Positions 16,655-27,870 of a DNA stretch of 64,000 nt are shown here, one piece after another; within the stretch, counting starts at the first letter, position 1, and each line of letters starts with the position of its first letter. The position numbers and the translations under genes were made by a program. Location: contig JAZDOG010000020.1 in the NCBI GenBank assembly GCA_043798915.1, positions 7,281 through 71,280 on the forward strand, read 5' to 3'. Origin of the DNA: Pseudomonadota bacterium (GTDB lineage Bacteria; UBA10199; 2-02-FULL-44-16; JAAZCA01). Below the pieces are notes generated by a model. It had not been told where the DNA came from and did not search any database. It saw only the letters and a list, made by a program, of their open reading frames with translations.

Positions 16655-17818
16655 ATGAAGATTGCCTTGATAAACACCATCAGCAAGACCGTGGATCGGC
16701 CGCGTCATTGGTGGCAATTATTCGGGTCAACGCTGAAAAAACCTCTCAAAACCGATGCAGGAATCAACTTTCTAAGGATGGCAGACGCGATTGCCTGTTT
16801 GGGCAATGAGTGTCACGTGTTTGTGTCAGATGTGTATCGTCCCTGTGAATCTGTGCACAAAAATGCCGCATTGAAAATCCACTATTTGGAGACGATTGCA
16901 CGGTTCTTTTTTCCGCCAGCGTATTGCCCATTATTAAAGGGATTGTATGAAAAGCTTAAAAAAAGCAATTACGACATAATACAATCCTCGGATTTGATGC
17001 AGCCCTCGACTGTCATCGCCGCGCTTGCGGCGAAGCGCATTTTTGTGTGGCAGGAGCAGGACCAGTTTTCAAGTCGTGTTTTTTTGCGCCTGTTGCAAAT
17101 GATATATTTCAATACCCTGGGCCGCTGGATCGCGAAAAAGACTTTTTTCATTCCCAGAAGCATTGCCGCCCAACACTTTCTTGGTGAACTGGGCTATAGG
17201 AATATTCTCGAGGTTATACCAAGCGGGGTGGACACCCTGGGCACATTTCATCCAACCGGGTTGCCTGAAGAATATTTATTGGTGGTGAGCAGAATCGCTG
17301 CCGACAAGGGGTTCGATCTCCTTTTGGCTGCCGTGAGATTGGTGGTGAAGGAAGTGCCTTCGATAAAACTGCTGATCAAGGGGGATGGTCCGTATCGTTC
17401 CGCGGTTGAAGAGGCGCTGAAGAAACTGGCTCTGGAGCGAAATGTGTTTATAGACGATGCCATTGCCTCGCAGACAGAACTGAACGATGTTTACAATCGT
17501 GCAATGCTGACAATAATCTCCACGGAGGGCGGCCTGTTTCCGTTCGTGGCCTTGGAGAGTTTTGCCGCAGGCAAGCCGATTGTTTCTTCCTTTGCGCGCG
17601 CACTCAAAGGACTTATTGTTAATAATCAGACTGGGTTTATAGTCAACACCGCGGAAGAGATGGCGGACCGGATCGTGTACCTTGTAGAAAATGAGAGTGA
17701 GCGCAAAAGGATGGGCGAGGAGGCATTAAAGCTCTCAAAGAATTATGATCTGCAACACGTCGCGCACAGGTTTGACAAACTATATCGCGGCATAAAAGCC
17801 GGAGCCGACAATGATTGA
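16655..17818 (+). CDS. Glycosyltransferase family 4 (GT-B, glycos_transf_1)
   Basis: C-terminal GT4 signature 'EGGLFPFVALESFAAGKPIVSS'; ATG at 16655 (track start is TTG 16643). Confidence 0.8.
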   Translation: MKIALINTISKTVDRPRHWWQLFGSTLKKPLKTDAGINFLRMADAIACLGNECHVFVSDVYRPCESVHKNAALKIHYLETIARFFFPPAYCPLLKGLYEKLKKSNYDIIQSSDLMQPSTVIAALAAKRIFVWQEQDQFSSRVFLRLLQMIYFNTLGRWIAKKTFFIPRSIAAQHFLGELGYRNILEVIPSGVDTLGTFHPTGLPEEYLLVVSRIAADKGFDLLLAAVRLVVKEVPSIKLLIKGDGPYRSAVEEALKKLALERNVFIDDAIASQTELNDVYNRAMLTIISTEGGLFPFVALESFAAGKPIVSSFARALKGLIVNNQTGFIVNTAEEMADRIVYLVENESERKRMGEEALKLSKNYDLQHVAHRFDKLYRGIKAGADND

Positions 17819-19340
17819 TCCGGAGCTGAAAATATATATATTGGCGCCGCTGTTCTATCTGCTGTTGTTTGCCGCCGTTGGTTCCATCCTGGCCACTAGT
17901 CCGGATATCGCTTTTGTGATGACGGGCATTATTTTGTTTCTGATATTCTTTCTTCATACGAAGGAGGGCGTGTTCTTTTACTCGGTCTATCTGGCTTTTG
18001 AAGAGACGATACTTCAGCATATACCGGGCGCCTCGTTCCTCTTTATAAAATATTCGGGCGACCTGATGATCACCATGCTGGCGCTGGCGGTGTTCACCAA
18101 GCTCGCTACCAGAAGATACACTCTCCAGATAGTAATGTGGAATCCCATCAACAAGCCGCTTCTCATCTTTGTCGGCCTTGCCATCCTGTCTGCTCTCATA
18201 AATGAAGTTCCCTTTTTTCCTGCATTTGCGGGCATGAGACAGCTGCTGAGATTCGTTGTTTTATTCTATCTCATAACAATCATAAGCACGTCGGAGTGGG
18301 ATTCGAGAACGGTGCGCAGCCTGCTTGCCGTTCTGGCGTGCGTTGTAGTGATTCAGGCCTTAATCGGTTATGCTCAAGCGATTTTAGGCCCCGGATCCTC
18401 GTTCAATCATTTTCTGTCGCCGGGGAGGAGCTACTTTTACGAGGGCATATGGATCTCGGGCGGACTGTCATGGGCCGACTCCAAAGGGGTGTACGGCACA
18501 ATGTTGAGCAAGAACACGTATGGTGTTTTCATGATGAGTGTTTCCGTGTTTATATTGGGCATGCTTCAAATGGCGAAACAAAACAGGGAGCGGTATATGC
18601 TGATTTTGGTCATTGCGGCCCCCTGCATATTATTATCGTATGCACGACAGTCAATGTATGGTTTTCTTATTGGTGGAGCTGCCATATCCATTGTTGTGCG
18701 AAACAAGAGGCTCCTTATTGCGATCATCATGATGGCATCGCTGCTGGTGCTGTTGGCCAGGCACCAGGCATTTGAGGATCCAAAGATCTCTGAAGAAGCA
18801 ACCATCTCTCAACGATTCGTTTCGACATTCCATAAACCATATATAAAGAGGAGCATGGCCGGTGACAGATTGTTCGTTGCCACAAAAATTACGCCGAAGC
18901 TATTTGCCAGCAAATACATCTTCCTGGGCCTTGGTCCCGCAGCATTCGGTTCCGCAGTAGGTTCCGCCATCGGCTATCTTGAAGGCTATAAAAAAATGGG
19001 TGTTCCTACGATATCTGCGATCGTGAGCGATGTCGGGTTTGTGTCGCTGTTGGGTCAGTTTGGCATCATCGGACTGGGGGCGATGATGATGATTTTTGTG
19101 CGGCTTTTTGTTTCAATTTACCATTTGCATAAAAACAGCGATGACGAGTTCTTCAGGGGGATGGCTCTGGGCTCAATGGGGCTGCTTTGCGCCTTTATTA
19201 TCACCAATTTTGGCTATGTAAATTTTGAACTGCGTCAGTGCTCATTCTGTTTCTGGCTGTTGCTGGCCCTGACGCTGACATATTGGGGCAAGGATACTGT
19301 CGCGAAGCTGGGCTTGGCTGAAGGAGATGAGAAGAGATAA
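17811..19340 (+). CDS. Polytopic membrane protein, O-antigen ligase/polymerase (Wzy-like) family
   Basis: About 10-12 hydrophobic helices with a large loop containing a conserved Arg-rich region (YARQSMYGF...). Sits in a Wzx/Wzy-type cluster; overlaps the upstream GT4 stop. Confidence 0.55.
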   Translation: MIDPELKIYILAPLFYLLLFAAVGSILATSPDIAFVMTGIILFLIFFLHTKEGVFFYSVYLAFEETILQHIPGASFLFIKYSGDLMITMLALAVFTKLATRRYTLQIVMWNPINKPLLIFVGLAILSALINEVPFFPAFAGMRQLLRFVVLFYLITIISTSEWDSRTVRSLLAVLACVVVIQALIGYAQAILGPGSSFNHFLSPGRSYFYEGIWISGGLSWADSKGVYGTMLSKNTYGVFMMSVSVFILGMLQMAKQNRERYMLILVIAAPCILLSYARQSMYGFLIGGAAISIVVRNKRLLIAIIMMASLLVLLARHQAFEDPKISEEATISQRFVSTFHKPYIKRSMAGDRLFVATKITPKLFASKYIFLGLGPAAFGSAVGSAIGYLEGYKKMGVPTISAIVSDVGFVSLLGQFGIIGLGAMMMIFVRLFVSIYHLHKNSDDEFFRGMALGSMGLLCAFIITNFGYVNFELRQCSFCFWLLLALTLTYWGKDTVAKLGLAEGDEKR

Positions 19341-20341
19341 TGAAGAAGCCGTCAAGCGCCATCGTAGCTGTCACTTGCCGATGCAACGGTCGTTGTGTCA
19401 TGTGCAATATATGGCGCAACGCCAGGAAAAAAGAATTGAAGGCTGAAGATTTTGCGAGGTTGCCCGAGTCGCTTTCGATCATAAACATAACAGGAGGAGA
19501 GCCTTTCCTGAGGGAGGATCTTGTCGAGATCATCTCCGTGCTCAACGACAGGTGCGGAGGCCCAAGGTTTGTCATTTCGACCAACGGGTTGAGGCCGGAC
19601 CTCATTGAGGCTCAGCTGAAAAAAATGCGATGGTCCGGGCTGCGTCTTGGTGTCAGGGTGTCGGTCGACGGCGTCGGTCAGACGCACGATGCCGTCAGAG
19701 GCGTCGAGGGCGCATTTGACCGCGCGATGGAGACGGTCGACGTCCTGAAAAGACTCAAGGTGCGGGACGCAGGCATCGCTTTCACCATTTTGAAAGAGAA
19801 TGCGCACCAGCTCAAGGCTGTCTATGATCTTTCGCGCAGGCTGGGCGTTCAATTTACGGTCTCAGCGGCGCAGAATTCCGAAATATATTTTGGCGTCAAT
19901 GCGCTGCCCCCTGCCAGTGGAGGCAAGATAATTCAAGATCAAATGGAGGCTGTCATCAGGGACCAGCTTGCTCGATTCAACATCAAGGATTGGTTCCGGG
20001 CATACTATCTCTTTGGGCTTCACCGGCACATGGTTGGAAAAAGCCTTGCAGGGTGGTGCGGTGCGGCGCAGGATTTTTTCTTTATGGATCCCGAGGGCAA
20101 TATCTATATCTGCCCCCTTCACGACATGAAGCTCGGAAATATATGCGAGTCTGCATTTGGCGATATCTGGTCATCGCTATCGGCCGACAAAGCCAGGGCA
20201 TTTGCGCAGACGTGTTCGCGCAAATGCTGGATGACATGCACTGTTACGCCCTATATAAGGAGGCGTTTTCTCAGGGTGCTTTGCTGGATCGCCGCTAATA
20301 AAATTGCGGTCCATTGCGGAAAAAACGTAATGAGACAATGA
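19340..20341 (+). CDS. Radical SAM protein with C-terminal Cys-rich (SPASM/twitch-like) region
   Basis: N-terminal CNGRCVMC (CxxxCxxC) at residues 15-22; 'ITGGEPFL'. C-terminal cysteines CPLHDMKLGNICE...CSRKCWMTC. Confidence 0.75.
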   Translation: MKKPSSAIVAVTCRCNGRCVMCNIWRNARKKELKAEDFARLPESLSIINITGGEPFLREDLVEIISVLNDRCGGPRFVISTNGLRPDLIEAQLKKMRWSGLRLGVRVSVDGVGQTHDAVRGVEGAFDRAMETVDVLKRLKVRDAGIAFTILKENAHQLKAVYDLSRRLGVQFTVSAAQNSEIYFGVNALPPASGGKIIQDQMEAVIRDQLARFNIKDWFRAYYLFGLHRHMVGKSLAGWCGAAQDFFFMDPEGNIYICPLHDMKLGNICESAFGDIWSSLSADKARAFAQTCSRKCWMTCTVTPYIRRRFLRVLCWIAANKIAVHCGKNVMRQ

Positions 20342-21594
20342 AAATCCAGAAATTGAAAATAATCCAGGCAAATAATTATTTTTATTATCGCGGCGGCGCT
20401 GAGAGTTGTTATTTTGCCATCATGCGCCTTCTCGCAAGCATGGGGCACGATGTCTTCCCGTTTTCAACCAAAAACAAATTCAACTGCGCTTCTCCGTACG
20501 AGAGCTGTTTTGCAGAGACGTTTGATCCGGACGCGCTGCGTTTGTTGCCGCTGCCTGATAAAATCGGCATGGCCCTGAGAACGATCTATTCCTTTGAGAC
20601 GAAGAGGCGCATGTCTCGTTTTTTGGAGAGAACCAGCCCCGATCTAGCGCATTGCCACAACATATACGGTGCGCTTTCCCCCTCGGTGCTGTGCGCTTTT
20701 AAGGAACGAGGATTGCCCGTCGTCATGACGGTTCACGACGTGAAGCTGCTCTGCCCCAACCACAGGATGTATATTGAGCATGCGGCATGCGAGAGGTGTA
20801 AAATCAACAGATTCTACAATTGTGCGTTCCATAAGTGCATGGGCCAGTCCATGGCCGCAAGCGTGCTGGGCTGCGTTGAATCGTATATCCACCGTTTTCT
20901 TAAGGTTTATCGCAGAAATGTGGACGTGTTCATAACGCCGAGCGTTTTTTTGAGGGCAAAGCTCATCGAATACGGATTCCCTGCTGACCAGATCATCAGT
21001 GTGCCTAATTTTATCAATGTTGGCGTGTATTCTCCTGATTACGAATATGGCGATTATGTGATCTTCTTTGGCAGGCTGGAGGAAACAAAGGGGCTTAATA
21101 TATTGATGGACGCCGCTTCTGAGTTGAAGGGTGTTGTCAAGATTGTGGTGGCTGGCAGCGGACCTATGGAGGCAGATTTGCGACGGAGAATCGTCGAACG
21201 GGATGTCGACAATGTGCGGTTGTTGGGCAATGTGGAACACGGCAAGGGGTTGATTGATCTGATCAGGAATTCGATGTTCAGCGTCGTCCCTTCCATATGG
21301 CATGAAAACTTCCCGCAGTCGATTCTCGAATCCTATGCCTGTGGCAAGCCGGTAATAGGGGCAAATATCGGGGGCATCCCTGAGATGATCGATGATGGAG
21401 AAACCGGAATGCTCTTCCAGGCGTCTGATGCGGAAGATCTGGCTAAAAAAATCAGATTTATGATCGGGAATAGATCGTTGGTCGCACAGATGGGCAGGGC
21501 GGCAAGAAAAAAGGTGATGGATGAGTATTTGCCGGAGATACATTACGAACGCATGTGCGCAGTGTATAGCAAGCTTTTGGGAAATCGACAATGA
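20338..21594 (+). CDS. Glycosyltransferase family 4
   Basis: 'FFGRLEETKG', 'ENFPQSILESYACGKPVIGANIGGIPEMI' GT4 EX7E-type motif; ATGA overlap with the upstream gene. Confidence 0.8.
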   Translation: MKIQKLKIIQANNYFYYRGGAESCYFAIMRLLASMGHDVFPFSTKNKFNCASPYESCFAETFDPDALRLLPLPDKIGMALRTIYSFETKRRMSRFLERTSPDLAHCHNIYGALSPSVLCAFKERGLPVVMTVHDVKLLCPNHRMYIEHAACERCKINRFYNCAFHKCMGQSMAASVLGCVESYIHRFLKVYRRNVDVFITPSVFLRAKLIEYGFPADQIISVPNFINVGVYSPDYEYGDYVIFFGRLEETKGLNILMDAASELKGVVKIVVAGSGPMEADLRRRIVERDVDNVRLLGNVEHGKGLIDLIRNSMFSVVPSIWHENFPQSILESYACGKPVIGANIGGIPEMIDDGETGMLFQASDAEDLAKKIRFMIGNRSLVAQMGRAARKKVMDEYLPEIHYERMCAVYSKLLGNRQ

Positions 21595-22679
21595 ATATTG
21601 CAATGATAGGCATCAGGTCTCTGGGTTTTACAGCAGGGATCGACAGCTATGTGACAGAGGTCGCGATGCGTTTGGCAAAAAAGGGCCATTGCATCACCGT
21701 TTTATGCCGGTCCGGATATGTGGTCACGAAGAATCATAATGACATCCATGTTGTCGCTGTCCGCACAATAAAAAACAAATATTTAGGCACACCCCTGTAT
21801 GCCTTCTTTTCAACGATCTATGTCCTGACGCACAGATTCGATGTCATAAGCTATCACGGCCTGGGCTCTGCCGGGTTTTCTTTTTTGCCAAGGCTCTTCG
21901 GCAGAAAGGTCACGGTTACAATCCATGCCCTTGATTGGGAGGGGAAGAAATGGAGTTTTTTCAGCCGGAAGGTGTTGTGTCTGGCGGCGACGATGGCCAT
22001 CAGGTTTTCAAATTGCACCACCGTTGTTTCAAGGTATGTAAAAGAGTATTTTGAAAATCATCACAATCGCAATGTGACCTACATACCCAACGGGACATCC
22101 GATGCGATTCCCAGAGAACCGGAATTGATCAAGGAATATGGTCTGAAAGATGGGAACTATATTTTATTTCTGGGAAGACTGGCACCCGGGAAGGGATGTG
22201 AATATTTGATGGATGCTTTTGGGCGGCTGAAATTGGATCTCAAGCTTGTAATTGCAGGCGATGCCATCAACGAAAGAGAATATGTTGAGTCGCTGAGAAA
22301 AATGGGCGGCAAAAACATCATCTTCACCGGCTGGGTTCAGGGGCCTATCAAGGAGGAGCTGCTGTCGAATGCGTATCTGTTTATCCAGCCGTCGGAGCTG
22401 GAAGGCATGTCGGGCGTACTTTTGGAGGCGATGAGCTACGGACGGTGTATCGTTGCAAGCGACATACCGCAAAATCTGGAAGTCATTGGCGAAACCGGTT
22501 TTTCATTCAGGAGCGGAGACGCCGATGATTTGAAACGCATTATTGAGTTCCTTGTAGAAAATAAAGAAAAAGCAAGAAGCCATGGCAATCTTGGAAAGGA
22601 ACGAGTTCTGAGGTGTTATCACTGGGATAGAATAGCGGACGAGTGGCAGAAGACATACTGTGCTGTCCTGGGGAATTGA
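21591..22679 (+). CDS. Glycosyltransferase family 4
   Basis: 'FLGRLAPGKG', 'ELEGMSGVLLEAMSYGRCIVASD' motifs; 4-nt overlap with the upstream gene. Confidence 0.8.
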   Translation: MNIAMIGIRSLGFTAGIDSYVTEVAMRLAKKGHCITVLCRSGYVVTKNHNDIHVVAVRTIKNKYLGTPLYAFFSTIYVLTHRFDVISYHGLGSAGFSFLPRLFGRKVTVTIHALDWEGKKWSFFSRKVLCLAATMAIRFSNCTTVVSRYVKEYFENHHNRNVTYIPNGTSDAIPREPELIKEYGLKDGNYILFLGRLAPGKGCEYLMDAFGRLKLDLKLVIAGDAINEREYVESLRKMGGKNIIFTGWVQGPIKEELLSNAYLFIQPSELEGMSGVLLEAMSYGRCIVASDIPQNLEVIGETGFSFRSGDADDLKRIIEFLVENKEKARSHGNLGKERVLRCYHWDRIADEWQKTYCAVLGN

Positions 22680-22681
22680 GG

Positions 22682-23611
22682 ATGCCTGGAGTGGCCAATT
22701 TGCTGAATCCTGAATTGATAGATTTCCTGGCATGTCCCGATTGTCATGGCGACATTCTCAGCGCGGAAACTCATTTGATATGTTGTCATTGCAGGCGAAA
22801 ATATAATATTGAAAAAGGAATACCTGTTCTATACCCCATGACCATTGACATCGATCACTTGAAGGAGGAGGAGAAGCTTGCAAGTCTGATGCAACAACCT
22901 CCTTCAAGCAGAAAAGATCGTTTTCAGGCTTCACAATGGAATCTTTCGAAGCAGGAATTCTGGGAAGTGGTGAGAAAAAATATTGCCCCTCCGCCAAGGT
23001 CCATTGTCAACCTTGGGTGCGGTTACGATTCACATTTTGAGCACTTTGAACAAGAAGGCTATATGTTTGTCAATTTCGATATCGTCCGCACGATGCTTGA
23101 TAAGTTGAACAAGGATTATGGAGCCAGATCGTGCGTTGCGGGTGATATCAACCGGGCGCCTTTCAAAAAAAATGTGTTTGATTATGTTGTCTCGATAGAT
23201 CTGATCCACCACGAAATCAAAAACCTTTTCAAGCTGATCGAATCCTTCCGCGATCTGTTGAAGCCGGGCGGCTTGCTTTTTCTGGAAGACCCCAATGCCT
23301 GGGGACTGTTTCAAATGGCAAAATCGATAATGCTCCCACAGCCCCTCTATAAATTTCTGCGATCTTCCTTTCACGGCTTAAGACATTCCACGCATCGACC
23401 GGCCGATTACGAATTTCCCACCAGCGTCTGGCGCGTAAAAAGCATTCTTCGTGATCATGGCTTTTCCAATATCACAGTTTATTCGCATAGCGCCTATCCA
23501 TGTATTGGCGAAGTCGGTTATCGTATTTTCAAGGAATTAGGCCGGGTTCAATGGGTTCGTAAATATCATAATTACCATTACATGCTGAGTGCAGAAAAAA
23601 CGCCGGGATAG
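22682..23611 (+). CDS. Class I SAM-dependent methyltransferase with N-terminal Trm112-like Zn-ribbon (CPDCHG...CCHCRRKY)
   Basis: ATG at 22682 with a GAGG RBS; motif I 'VNLGCGYDSHF'; 'DLIHHE', 'LLKPGGLLFL'. Confidence 0.7.
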   Translation: MPGVANLLNPELIDFLACPDCHGDILSAETHLICCHCRRKYNIEKGIPVLYPMTIDIDHLKEEEKLASLMQQPPSSRKDRFQASQWNLSKQEFWEVVRKNIAPPPRSIVNLGCGYDSHFEHFEQEGYMFVNFDIVRTMLDKLNKDYGARSCVAGDINRAPFKKNVFDYVVSIDLIHHEIKNLFKLIESFRDLLKPGGLLFLEDPNAWGLFQMAKSIMLPQPLYKFLRSSFHGLRHSTHRPADYEFPTSVWRVKSILRDHGFSNITVYSHSAYPCIGEVGYRIFKELGRVQWVRKYHNYHYMLSAEKTPG

Positions 23612-23728
23612 AATTGCCGAATATTGATGAAGACTCTACCAGACATCGCTGGACTTTCCTCCTGGTATTTTTTATAAAAGGGGCCGCCGGGTTTTGCGAC
23701 AATTTAAAGCCCAGAAGAGTAAAACAGC

Positions 23729-24340
23729 ATGAAGTTATTGAGCTATCTCAGGAAAATGCCCATAGACTTGGGTCAGAAGGAGTTCCGCCTTTGCACGAAG
23801 GGCTCTTTGATCGCCATGGAACTCTCCGGCGAGGGAAACAATGGAAAAGCGCTCGATGCTGGTTGTGGAGACGGGTTTTGGAGTGAAAAACTGAAAAAAG
23901 CGGGATGGCAGGTGACATCCATCGATCTGAAAAGCGACTATTCCGGGTGCATTGATCATGATCTCAACCTGGATATGCCGATTCCCGACAACAGCTTTGA
24001 CCTCGTTGTTTCAACCTCGGTGATCGGATATTTATCACGGCCGGAGCATTTCATAAAAGAAATCAGAAGGGTGCTCAAACCAGAAGGCATATTTATAATC
24101 ACAACCCCCAATTGCAATTTTTGGCTCAATTATATTCTTGGGATTTTTGGCTATTCCCTCAAAGGCTTTCTGGATTCCACCCAGAAGAACTTTTTTTATT
24201 TCGAAGAAATAGAAAGGCTGTTTCCAAATGAAAAGATATTAGGCTATTTTCCATACTTCCTGGCCAAGGCCAGAATATCAAAATTTGTCGGCCTGCTCTC
24301 TCCGACATTTATTGTGGTTGGTAAAAAAGGTTCATGCTGA
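23729..24340 (+). CDS. Class I SAM-dependent methyltransferase (Methyltransf_11/23-like)
   Basis: Motif I 'LDAGCGDGFW'; 'FDLVVSTSVIGYL', 'VLKPEGIFIITTPN'. Confidence 0.7.
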   Translation: MKLLSYLRKMPIDLGQKEFRLCTKGSLIAMELSGEGNNGKALDAGCGDGFWSEKLKKAGWQVTSIDLKSDYSGCIDHDLNLDMPIPDNSFDLVVSTSVIGYLSRPEHFIKEIRRVLKPEGIFIITTPNCNFWLNYILGIFGYSLKGFLDSTQKNFFYFEEIERLFPNEKILGYFPYFLAKARISKFVGLLSPTFIVVGKKGSC

Positions 24341-24355
24341 GGCGATGCTGAAAAT

Positions 24356-25159
24356 ATGGTCAAAACCATCAAAGCTTTTTTTAAAATAAAGGAAGCCGCA
24401 AAGGAGATAGCCTTGAGGTCGGAGTTATTTTATTACATTTATTTAAAATATAAGGGGGCGCACAAGCAATCGATATGCCCCGGGTTTATTCCGCCGAACG
24501 CGGTTTTAACAACCGAACAAGAATATAAAGATGCATTGAATAAAATTAAATCCTCAGGCCTTATTCCACATATCGATCTGCCCAAAAATTGGGACAGTTT
24601 AGGAGCATTGTATCAGGTATTAAAACAAACCGGCAAAAGCGCATCGATTCTCGATGCGGGCGGACAATTATATTCAGTTATTTTGCCGTGGCTATTTCTG
24701 TATGGGTATAAAGATCTGACATCCCTCGATTTGGCATTTTTAGGAAAAATCACACGCGGACCAATCAATTATAAATATGGAGATATAACCTGCACAGATT
24801 TTAAGAATGCCAGCTTTGATGCGGTCACTTGTTTGAGCGTAATTGAACACGGAGTAAACGTAGAAGAATATTTCAGAGAAATGTCGCGCATCATCAAGCC
24901 CGGTGGAATACTGATCACGTCGGTCGATTATTGGGAATCCCCGGTTGACACTAAAGGCCAGGTTGCATTTGGCGTTCCGATACATATTTATACGCCCGAT
25001 GAAATCCTGGAGGCAATCAATGTTGCAAAAAAATACAACTTCGAATTGGTGGGGGATGTTGAATTAAAATGCAAAGACAGGGTTGTTGAGTGGAATGGGC
25101 TAAAATTTACGTTCATCTATTTTACCCTGCGACGGAAAACAAACAAGGACGCCAGCTGA
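24356..25159 (+). CDS. Probable class I SAM-dependent methyltransferase
   Basis: 'ILDAGG' degenerate motif I, 'FDAVTCLSVIEHG', 'IIKPGGILITSV'; AT-rich gene. Confidence 0.5.
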   Translation: MVKTIKAFFKIKEAAKEIALRSELFYYIYLKYKGAHKQSICPGFIPPNAVLTTEQEYKDALNKIKSSGLIPHIDLPKNWDSLGALYQVLKQTGKSASILDAGGQLYSVILPWLFLYGYKDLTSLDLAFLGKITRGPINYKYGDITCTDFKNASFDAVTCLSVIEHGVNVEEYFREMSRIIKPGGILITSVDYWESPVDTKGQVAFGVPIHIYTPDEILEAINVAKKYNFELVGDVELKCKDRVVEWNGLKFTFIYFTLRRKTNKDAS

Positions 25160-25160
25160 C

Positions 25161-26360
25161 ATGAAAATAGGCATATTTGTAGATATATTGACGAACAAGA
25201 AAACGGGTGTCGAATACTATACGCAGAACCTGCTGCAGCATCTGCTGGAAATGGACATAAAAAACCAATATTGCCTTATACGGCACGACGGAGTCGGGGT
25301 CGATTTTGAATCTGAAAAAAAATATACGGAAATAGTCTGTAAAAAGAGGAATCAGTCGATATTGTTCCTGCGCAGGTTTATCAATGTGTTGCCGCGACAA
25401 ATAACCCTGACCGTAATCAGGCAGATATTGAAATTCGTGCCGTCAATTTATTATTCCACCAACAAGAAGTTGAGGTCATTTGATATTTTGTTTTCGCCTA
25501 ATTTTGGCTTGGAGCTGGAGACCAATCCCCGCGCATATCAGATCGTCATCGTATATGACATAACTCCCATCCGCGTGCCTCAATGCCATAACAAAGAGGT
25601 GGGCATATTTTTCAATGCTGTCTTAGGCGATATTCTGAAGAAGGCGGACAAGATAATTGCCATAAGCGAATTTACAAAGCGCGATCTGATAACGCATTAT
25701 GGCATTGTTGAGGAAAAAATCAGCGTGATCTATCCTGGTTTAAACCGGCACATGACGCGGACGCCCAAAAGTTGCGATATTGTCAAAAAGTATAATCTTC
25801 CTGAAGATTTTATTCTCAGTTTTGGAACGCTTGAACCGAGAAAAAATGCCATTGCCGTCGTGAAATCATTCGCTCTGTTAAAGAAAGATGGGCGCAGGGA
25901 AATGCTTGTCATAGCTGGCAGAAAAGGATGGGGTTACGAGGACGTCTTTGTAACACTCAAACAGTTGGGGTTGGAGAAAAGTGTCTTGTTTACGGGGTAT
26001 GTCGATGAGGAGGACGTTCCGGGACTTTATGGCGCGGCGAGATTGCTCGTGTACCCGGCCCTTTACGAAGGGTTCGGGCTCCCTGTAATAGAGGCGATGT
26101 CATGCGGGTGCCCGGTGATCACATCCAGCACATCCTCGCTTCCTGAGGCGGGAGGGGATGCGGCGCTATACATCGATCCGACTGATGAAAAACAAATTTA
26201 TGAAGCCATGAAAAAAGTGATCGGTTCAGAAGAATTGAGGGGAGATATGATCATGAAGGGGCTCATTCAGGCATCCAAATTCAACTGGGATGAATCGGCC
26301 AGGAAGGTCATCAAAATCTTTGAAGAAGCAGAAAGGGCCATGCATAATGAACGAATCTGA
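25161..26360 (+). CDS. Glycosyltransferase family 4
   Basis: 'FGTLEPRKN', '[28 protein letters not shown]' signature. Confidence 0.8.
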   Translation: MKIGIFVDILTNKKTGVEYYTQNLLQHLLEMDIKNQYCLIRHDGVGVDFESEKKYTEIVCKKRNQSILFLRRFINVLPRQITLTVIRQILKFVPSIYYSTNKKLRSFDILFSPNFGLELETNPRAYQIVIVYDITPIRVPQCHNKEVGIFFNAVLGDILKKADKIIAISEFTKRDLITHYGIVEEKISVIYPGLNRHMTRTPKSCDIVKKYNLPEDFILSFGTLEPRKNAIAVVKSFALLKKDGRREMLVIAGRKGWGYEDVFVTLKQLGLEKSVLFTGYVDEEDVPGLYGAARLLVYPALYEGFGLPVIEAMSCGCPVITSSTSSLPEAGGDAALYIDPTDEKQIYEAMKKVIGSEELRGDMIMKGLIQASKFNWDESARKVIKIFEEAERAMHNERI

Positions 26361-27870
26361 TACAGGTGGAAGTGCGTTTCTTGTCACGTTTATAAATGTC
26401 CCCGGACATAAGACGGTGACGACGACAAATCTGCCGCCCATCGGTATTCTGTCTATGTCCGCATGCTTGAAAAAAGAGGGGAACCGGGCAGATTTTATAG
26501 ATGCGGATGCATGCAGGTATGGCATCGATCAACTGATAAGTCTCCTGAGGAAAAGGGCCCCCGATCTGATCGGCATCACCATGAACGTCGGACATGTATA
26601 TGCTGCAGCAAAATACATCCGGGCGATCAAGGGAGAATTTCCAGGAATTCCGATTGTCATAGGGGGCCCGTATGTGAGCGTAACACAGAAACAGATCCTC
26701 AATGAGTTTCCGGAAGCCGATTATGCCGTCGCGTATGAGGGCGAGCATGCGATAGTCGAACTCGTCGCCGTTCTAAAGGGCACAAGAAAGATCGAAACGG
26801 TCCGAAATCTTGTCTATCGTAAAGGCTGCGATATTAAAATTAACGAAAATGAGAGAATTGTGGACATCGATGCATTGCCGTTGCCGGACTATGGACTTAT
26901 AAAACATTTGCTTGGAAAGTATAGGGGAGTCTACCCCACGATTGCGAGGCCATCTATAGGCGTGATGTGCAGCAGGGGGTGTCCGTTTCATTGCGGGTTC
27001 TGTTCGAGCCCGAGCCTTTGGGGGAGCAAGGTAATATTCCGAAACATAGATGCGGTCATCGATGAAATAAAAATGCTGAGGGACACGCTGGCCGTCAAAG
27101 AGGTCTTCTTTCACGATGACACCTTGAATGTGAGGCCCGGCTGGTTTATTGAATTGTGCGACGCGATAATCAAGAGCGGCCTCAATGAGCAGATATATTT
27201 CAAATGCGCCCTGAGGGTCAACAAAGCCATGTTGAGCGAAGAGCTCCTGATAAAGGCAAAACAGGCAAATTTCTGGATGATTTTCTATGGCGTCGAGAAC
27301 GGAAACCAGGAGATGTTGAATCGCATGAACAAGGGAACGACGATCGAAGAGATAGAGCGTGCGTTCAAGCTGACGAGGGGTTGTGGCATTTGTACCTATG
27401 CGTTATTGATCGTTGGCTACCCTGGGGAGACCAAGGGGACATTTGCCGACTCATTGGCGCTGCTGGAGAAAATAATGCCGGATTTTTCAGGGTTTGCGGC
27501 TGCCATACCCATTCCGGGCACTGAAATGCACAGGATTGCTCTTGAGCAAGGATTAATATCTGTGACCGATTTCAAAAACTATCAATATGGCGACATAATA
27601 ATGGGGACCAGCGAACTTGAAACGAGGGACATTGCAGCTTCTGTGAACAAGGGCTATGACGAAATCAGCAGACTGGCATCGTCCACAAAATTCAAAAAAA
27701 TGACGGAGGCTTTTGGCCAGGAGAGATTTCACAGGATGGTCGATGGGCCATTTTACTGTGAGAGACGCCAATTTAAATTGCGCATCAAACAGATGAGAAG
27801 GTGTCTGAGGGCTGCGCCGTTTCTGTTGGCCATAAAAAGGAAGATAGGAAAACGCCATGAACTGTATTAG
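26347..27870 (+). CDS. B12-binding-domain radical SAM protein (second class B rSAM)
   Basis: B12-binding-like N-terminal domain ('IVIGGPYVS'), rSAM cluster CPFHCGFC; ATG at 26347 overlapping the upstream stop. Confidence 0.8.
   Translation: MNESDTGGSAFLVTFINVPGHKTVTTTNLPPIGILSMSACLKKEGNRADFIDADACRYGIDQLISLLRKRAPDLIGITMNVGHVYAAAKYIRAIKGEFPGIPIVIGGPYVSVTQKQILNEFPEADYAVAYEGEHAIVELVAVLKGTRKIETVRNLVYRKGCDIKINENERIVDIDALPLPDYGLIKHLLGKYRGVYPTIARPSIGVMCSRGCPFHCGFCSSPSLWGSKVIFRNIDAVIDEIKMLRDTLAVKEVFFHDDTLNVRPGWFIELCDAIIKSGLNEQIYFKCALRVNKAMLSEELLIKAKQANFWMIFYGVENGNQEMLNRMNKGTTIEEIERAFKLTRGCGICTYALLIVGYPGETKGTFADSLALLEKIMPDFSGFAAAIPIPGTEMHRIALEQGLISVTDFKNYQYGDIIMGTSELETRDIAASVNKGYDEISRLASSTKFKKMTEAFGQERFHRMVDGPFYCERRQFKLRIKQMRRCLRAAPFLLAIKRKIGKRHELY

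Noticed and set aside
17811-19340. Wzy-like membrane protein considered as exosortase (XrtA/EpsH)
   Set aside because: Size is similar, but I could not see the exosortase Cys/Arg/Asn catalytic motif pattern. The large Arg-rich loop is more consistent with the O-antigen ligase/Wzy_C family, so it is left as Wzy-like.
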